Origin: Macrostomum lignano
Lineage: Eukaryota
Assembly (NCBI GenBank): GCA_002269645.1
Contig: NIVC01002412.1
Span: 62,001-126,000, forward strand
Reading direction: 5' to 3'
DNA length: 64,000 nt
The position numbers and the translations under genes were made by a program. Under the pieces are notes generated by a model. That model was not told the DNA's origin, searched no databases, and saw only the letters and a program-made list of their open reading frames with translations. Positions 61,501 to 64,000 of the stretch are shown in pieces (position 1 is the stretch's first letter; the number at the start of each line of letters is the position of its first letter).

Positions 61501-64000
61501 TCTTCTCTCTCCTTTCTCTTCTCTCTCCTTTCTCCTCTCTCCTCTCTAACCTCTCCTCTCTACTCTCTTCTCTTTCCTCTCTCCTCTCCCTCTGCTTTGC
61601 ACTCCAATCTCTCCTTACTTCTCTCATCTCTCATCTCTCCTCTTTTCTATCTTCTCGTCTTTTTCTGGCTTGTTTCTCCCTCTACTAAAAATTGGCTTCC
61701 AAAGCTGCAGTCCTCGGGAATCAGTTTGTCCCTCACTGCCCTAACCGTAGTGGGTGACTCATACCTCGCAGCGCATAAGACACATGTTAAAAAGAGACGC
61801 GATGTACCGATCTGTCGATTAGTTCGAATTAGAGCAACCCGTCTCAGAACTGATTGCGCCTGATCTGAGATAGATAAATGAGGAGAGGAGATTTCGGCCG
61901 TTCCCTACGAATATTCCCTTGAATCAATCTATTGGATTGGCCTGCAGGCATCTGCAAGCTACAATCTATACAACTGAAATCTCAATGCGCATCGCTTGTT
62001 TGGTCTTGTTTCTTCCCAGTTTGCCTCGGGGAACAGGATAACAGGGGATAGATAAACACAAATCTTTTTTTGGAAGCGAGGCCAGCGTCTTCTTTGTCTT
62101 TCGACATCAGCCGATGAAGATAAGCTACCCGCAGCGCTAAGCCAGGTAGCGAGGCAGTTTCTGTGACTTCTTGATGTGGCGACACGCGAATCATGGTTCT
62201 CCCTCTCTCCTGCCACGAACCGGCAGTTCCGCGCAGTTTCTGACCCCATTCATCCCCTATCCGATTATCCCCATCTCTGCGGAATCGAGCCGGGCCTGAT
62301 CCCACTTGTGAGGAGAAGAAGGATTTCGCTGTGTTGCTTCTGCCCAGCAAATTGAATTGCTGCGACCAAGAAAAGATCCCGAATGGGATAAGGGAGGCTC
62401 AACTAGCCAGTGTCCCGACTGGTTCCAGCATCGCTAACGACTTTAAGACCGGCGCCTCATCAGCTACCGCCCGAAATCCTCGGGCAATTTGGAAGACGCG
62501 GCAAGGGGACACTCGAAAAATTCTTCTTCCACCAATTTTATGAGGACTCGAAATTGAAAGTGGGTTCTGATTCCCCTTCCCAAATGCAAATTGAGCCCCT
62601 CGTTTGAGAATTATCTAATTTGAAATTTGATAAGCCTCTGGAGGCTGTTGTCCCAGAAGTTTCAGAATTTTTCCCAGCAACAGATGCGCTGCTTTCTTGA
62701 AGCTGGGAAAAGACTGAGCTAACTGCATGTACCGGCCTTCTTAACTCCGCAGACTTTGAGTGCCCTAGACTGCCAGTGCTGTAGATTTGGAGTGCCCTAG
62801 ACTGCCGGTGCTGTAGATATGGAGTGCCCTAGACTGCCAGTGCTGTAGATTTGGAGTGCCCTATACTTCCAGTGCTGTAGATTTAGAGTGCCCTAGACTG
62901 CCGGTGCTGTAGATTTGGAGTGCCCTAGACTGCCGGTGCTGTAGATTTGGAGTGCCCTAGACTGCCAGTGATGTAGATTCGGAGTGCCCTAGACTGCCAG
63001 TGATGTAGATTTGGAGTGCCCTAGACTGCCGGTGCTGTAGATTTGGAGTGCCCTAGACTGCCGGTGCAGTAGATTTGGAGTGCCCTAGACTGCCAGTACT
63101 GTAGTTTTGGAGTGCTTTAGACTGTTGGTGACCTAGTTGGACTTCTAAATCCGCTGCGTTCTTGAAACTAGAAAACGACTGCACCAACTGTATCTACCGA
63201 GCTTCTCAACTCCGCAGATTTTGAGTCGCAACGCTTCCAGTTTGATCCGGTGCCGCAGAATGTCTCAATTGAAGCCAACAACGTCATGCTGTCCTGCACT
63301 CCTCCAGTCGCTCATCCGAAGCCAAAGGTAAGAGTTTTACAGGCTTTAACAACAATAATAATATTTGCAGAAGGGGGTAGGCCATTCAGCGACATCGCCC
63401 TCATCGCTGAAGCCGATTCTGCCCATTCCGTTGACTCCTGAGCACACGCACTCACGCACACGCTCACGCAGGGTGTACAGCGCCCCCTGACTTTCTCATC
63501 GTCCGGCATGTACACTCTCTGCGCTTTGGGGGTTCCTGATACCCCTCTGCCCCTCTTATATTTTACGAGTACTACACAATAAATGTCTACTGAAAAGTTT
63601 TCAAGAAGCATTTTTAATTAAAACTTCAGAGCGCTGAGCTGCAGACCTCATACACTGGGAGGACAGTCAGTCAGATAGCGAATTTTGACTGACAACTTTT
63701 CATACATTATTGACAGCCAGTATTAGGCCAGATATCAAATAGTGGCCTTGCGAACAGCCGGCCCCTGCTGAGTGAACCCCCCCCCCCTATGGGCTGCACC
63801 CCAGCAGCCCAGAGTCAGCAGGTCAGTTTGTGGTCTGTTTAAACAGTGCGAGCTGTAAAATTCTGCCAACCACTCATCTCAGGTTATTGACTCCACAGGT
63901 GGGCGGGTGAGGGGGCATTTCTCAGAGTAGAGAGCAATGAAATAAATCTAATGCTAGAAATGTTTCTGCACTCTCAGGTGCACTGGATGAAGGATGGCCA
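58561..64000 (+). CDS. UNC5: UNC5-like netrin receptor, 5' portion (signal peptide, Ig1, start of Ig2)
   Basis: Exon 58561-59026 has a hydrophobic leader, PRLIQQPKSAYYV, IECVA..IHCNG and FCNCEAWNS...GYVRLA. Exon 63218-63327 gives YFESQRFQFDPVPQNVSIE..VMLSCTPPVAHPKPK. Exon 63978-64000+ gives VHWMKDG. Phases are consistent. The layout matches UNC5 Ig1 (CNG...C.C.AW...Y.R.A|Y) and Ig2 (C.PP...P...W.K). Confidence 0.85.
59029..59985. repeat. 32-bp minisatellite (GAGTGCCCTAGACTGCGAGTACTGTAGATTTG)n, block 1
   Basis: Period of 32 at 59101 and 59133. Starts inside the exon-1 donor GTGAGT. Confidence 0.96.
61090..61680. repeat. CT-rich low-complexity tract
   Basis: Direct reading of UNC5 intron 1. 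Confidence 0.9.
62756..63125. repeat. 32-bp minisatellite, block 2 (same family as 59029-59985)
   Basis: Same unit and orientation, near the 3' end of UNC5 intron 1. Confidence 0.95.

Noticed and set aside
60000-62640. Short ORFs in the unique middle of UNC5 intron 1 as a nested gene
   Set aside because: Multiple stops in all frames, no coherent exon chain and no identifiable domain.

Overview
This is eukaryotic (metazoan) genomic DNA with spliced genes; there is no prokaryotic operon, CRISPR array or rRNA. GC-rich exons inside AT-rich, minisatellite-packed introns suggest an invertebrate such as the flatworm Macrostomum, but that assignment is inference only. I reconstructed five protein-coding genes by hand from splice sites and family motifs. 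They are a 5'-truncated METTL7/TMT1-like methyltransferase (+), CKS1 (-, 2 exons), a TTLL6/TTLL13-like tubulin polyglutamylase (+, 12 coding exons, head-to-head with CKS1), STPG2 (+, 7 exons, complete) and the 5' part of an UNC5-like netrin receptor (+). Mobile elements include a Tc1/IS630-type element with TIRs and TA TSD, a Merlin (ISXO2-like) element with an 8-bp TSD and an internal inversion, and several hAT-like MITEs. About 30 distinct tandem-repeat arrays explain most of the long, low-complexity ORFs in the supplied track. I found no clearly new multi-gene system. The most interesting signals are a duplicated splice acceptor in UNC5 intron 1 that could give a secreted one-Ig isoform, the rearranged Merlin element, two +1 frameshifts in one TTLL exon, and higher-order structure in the satellites.
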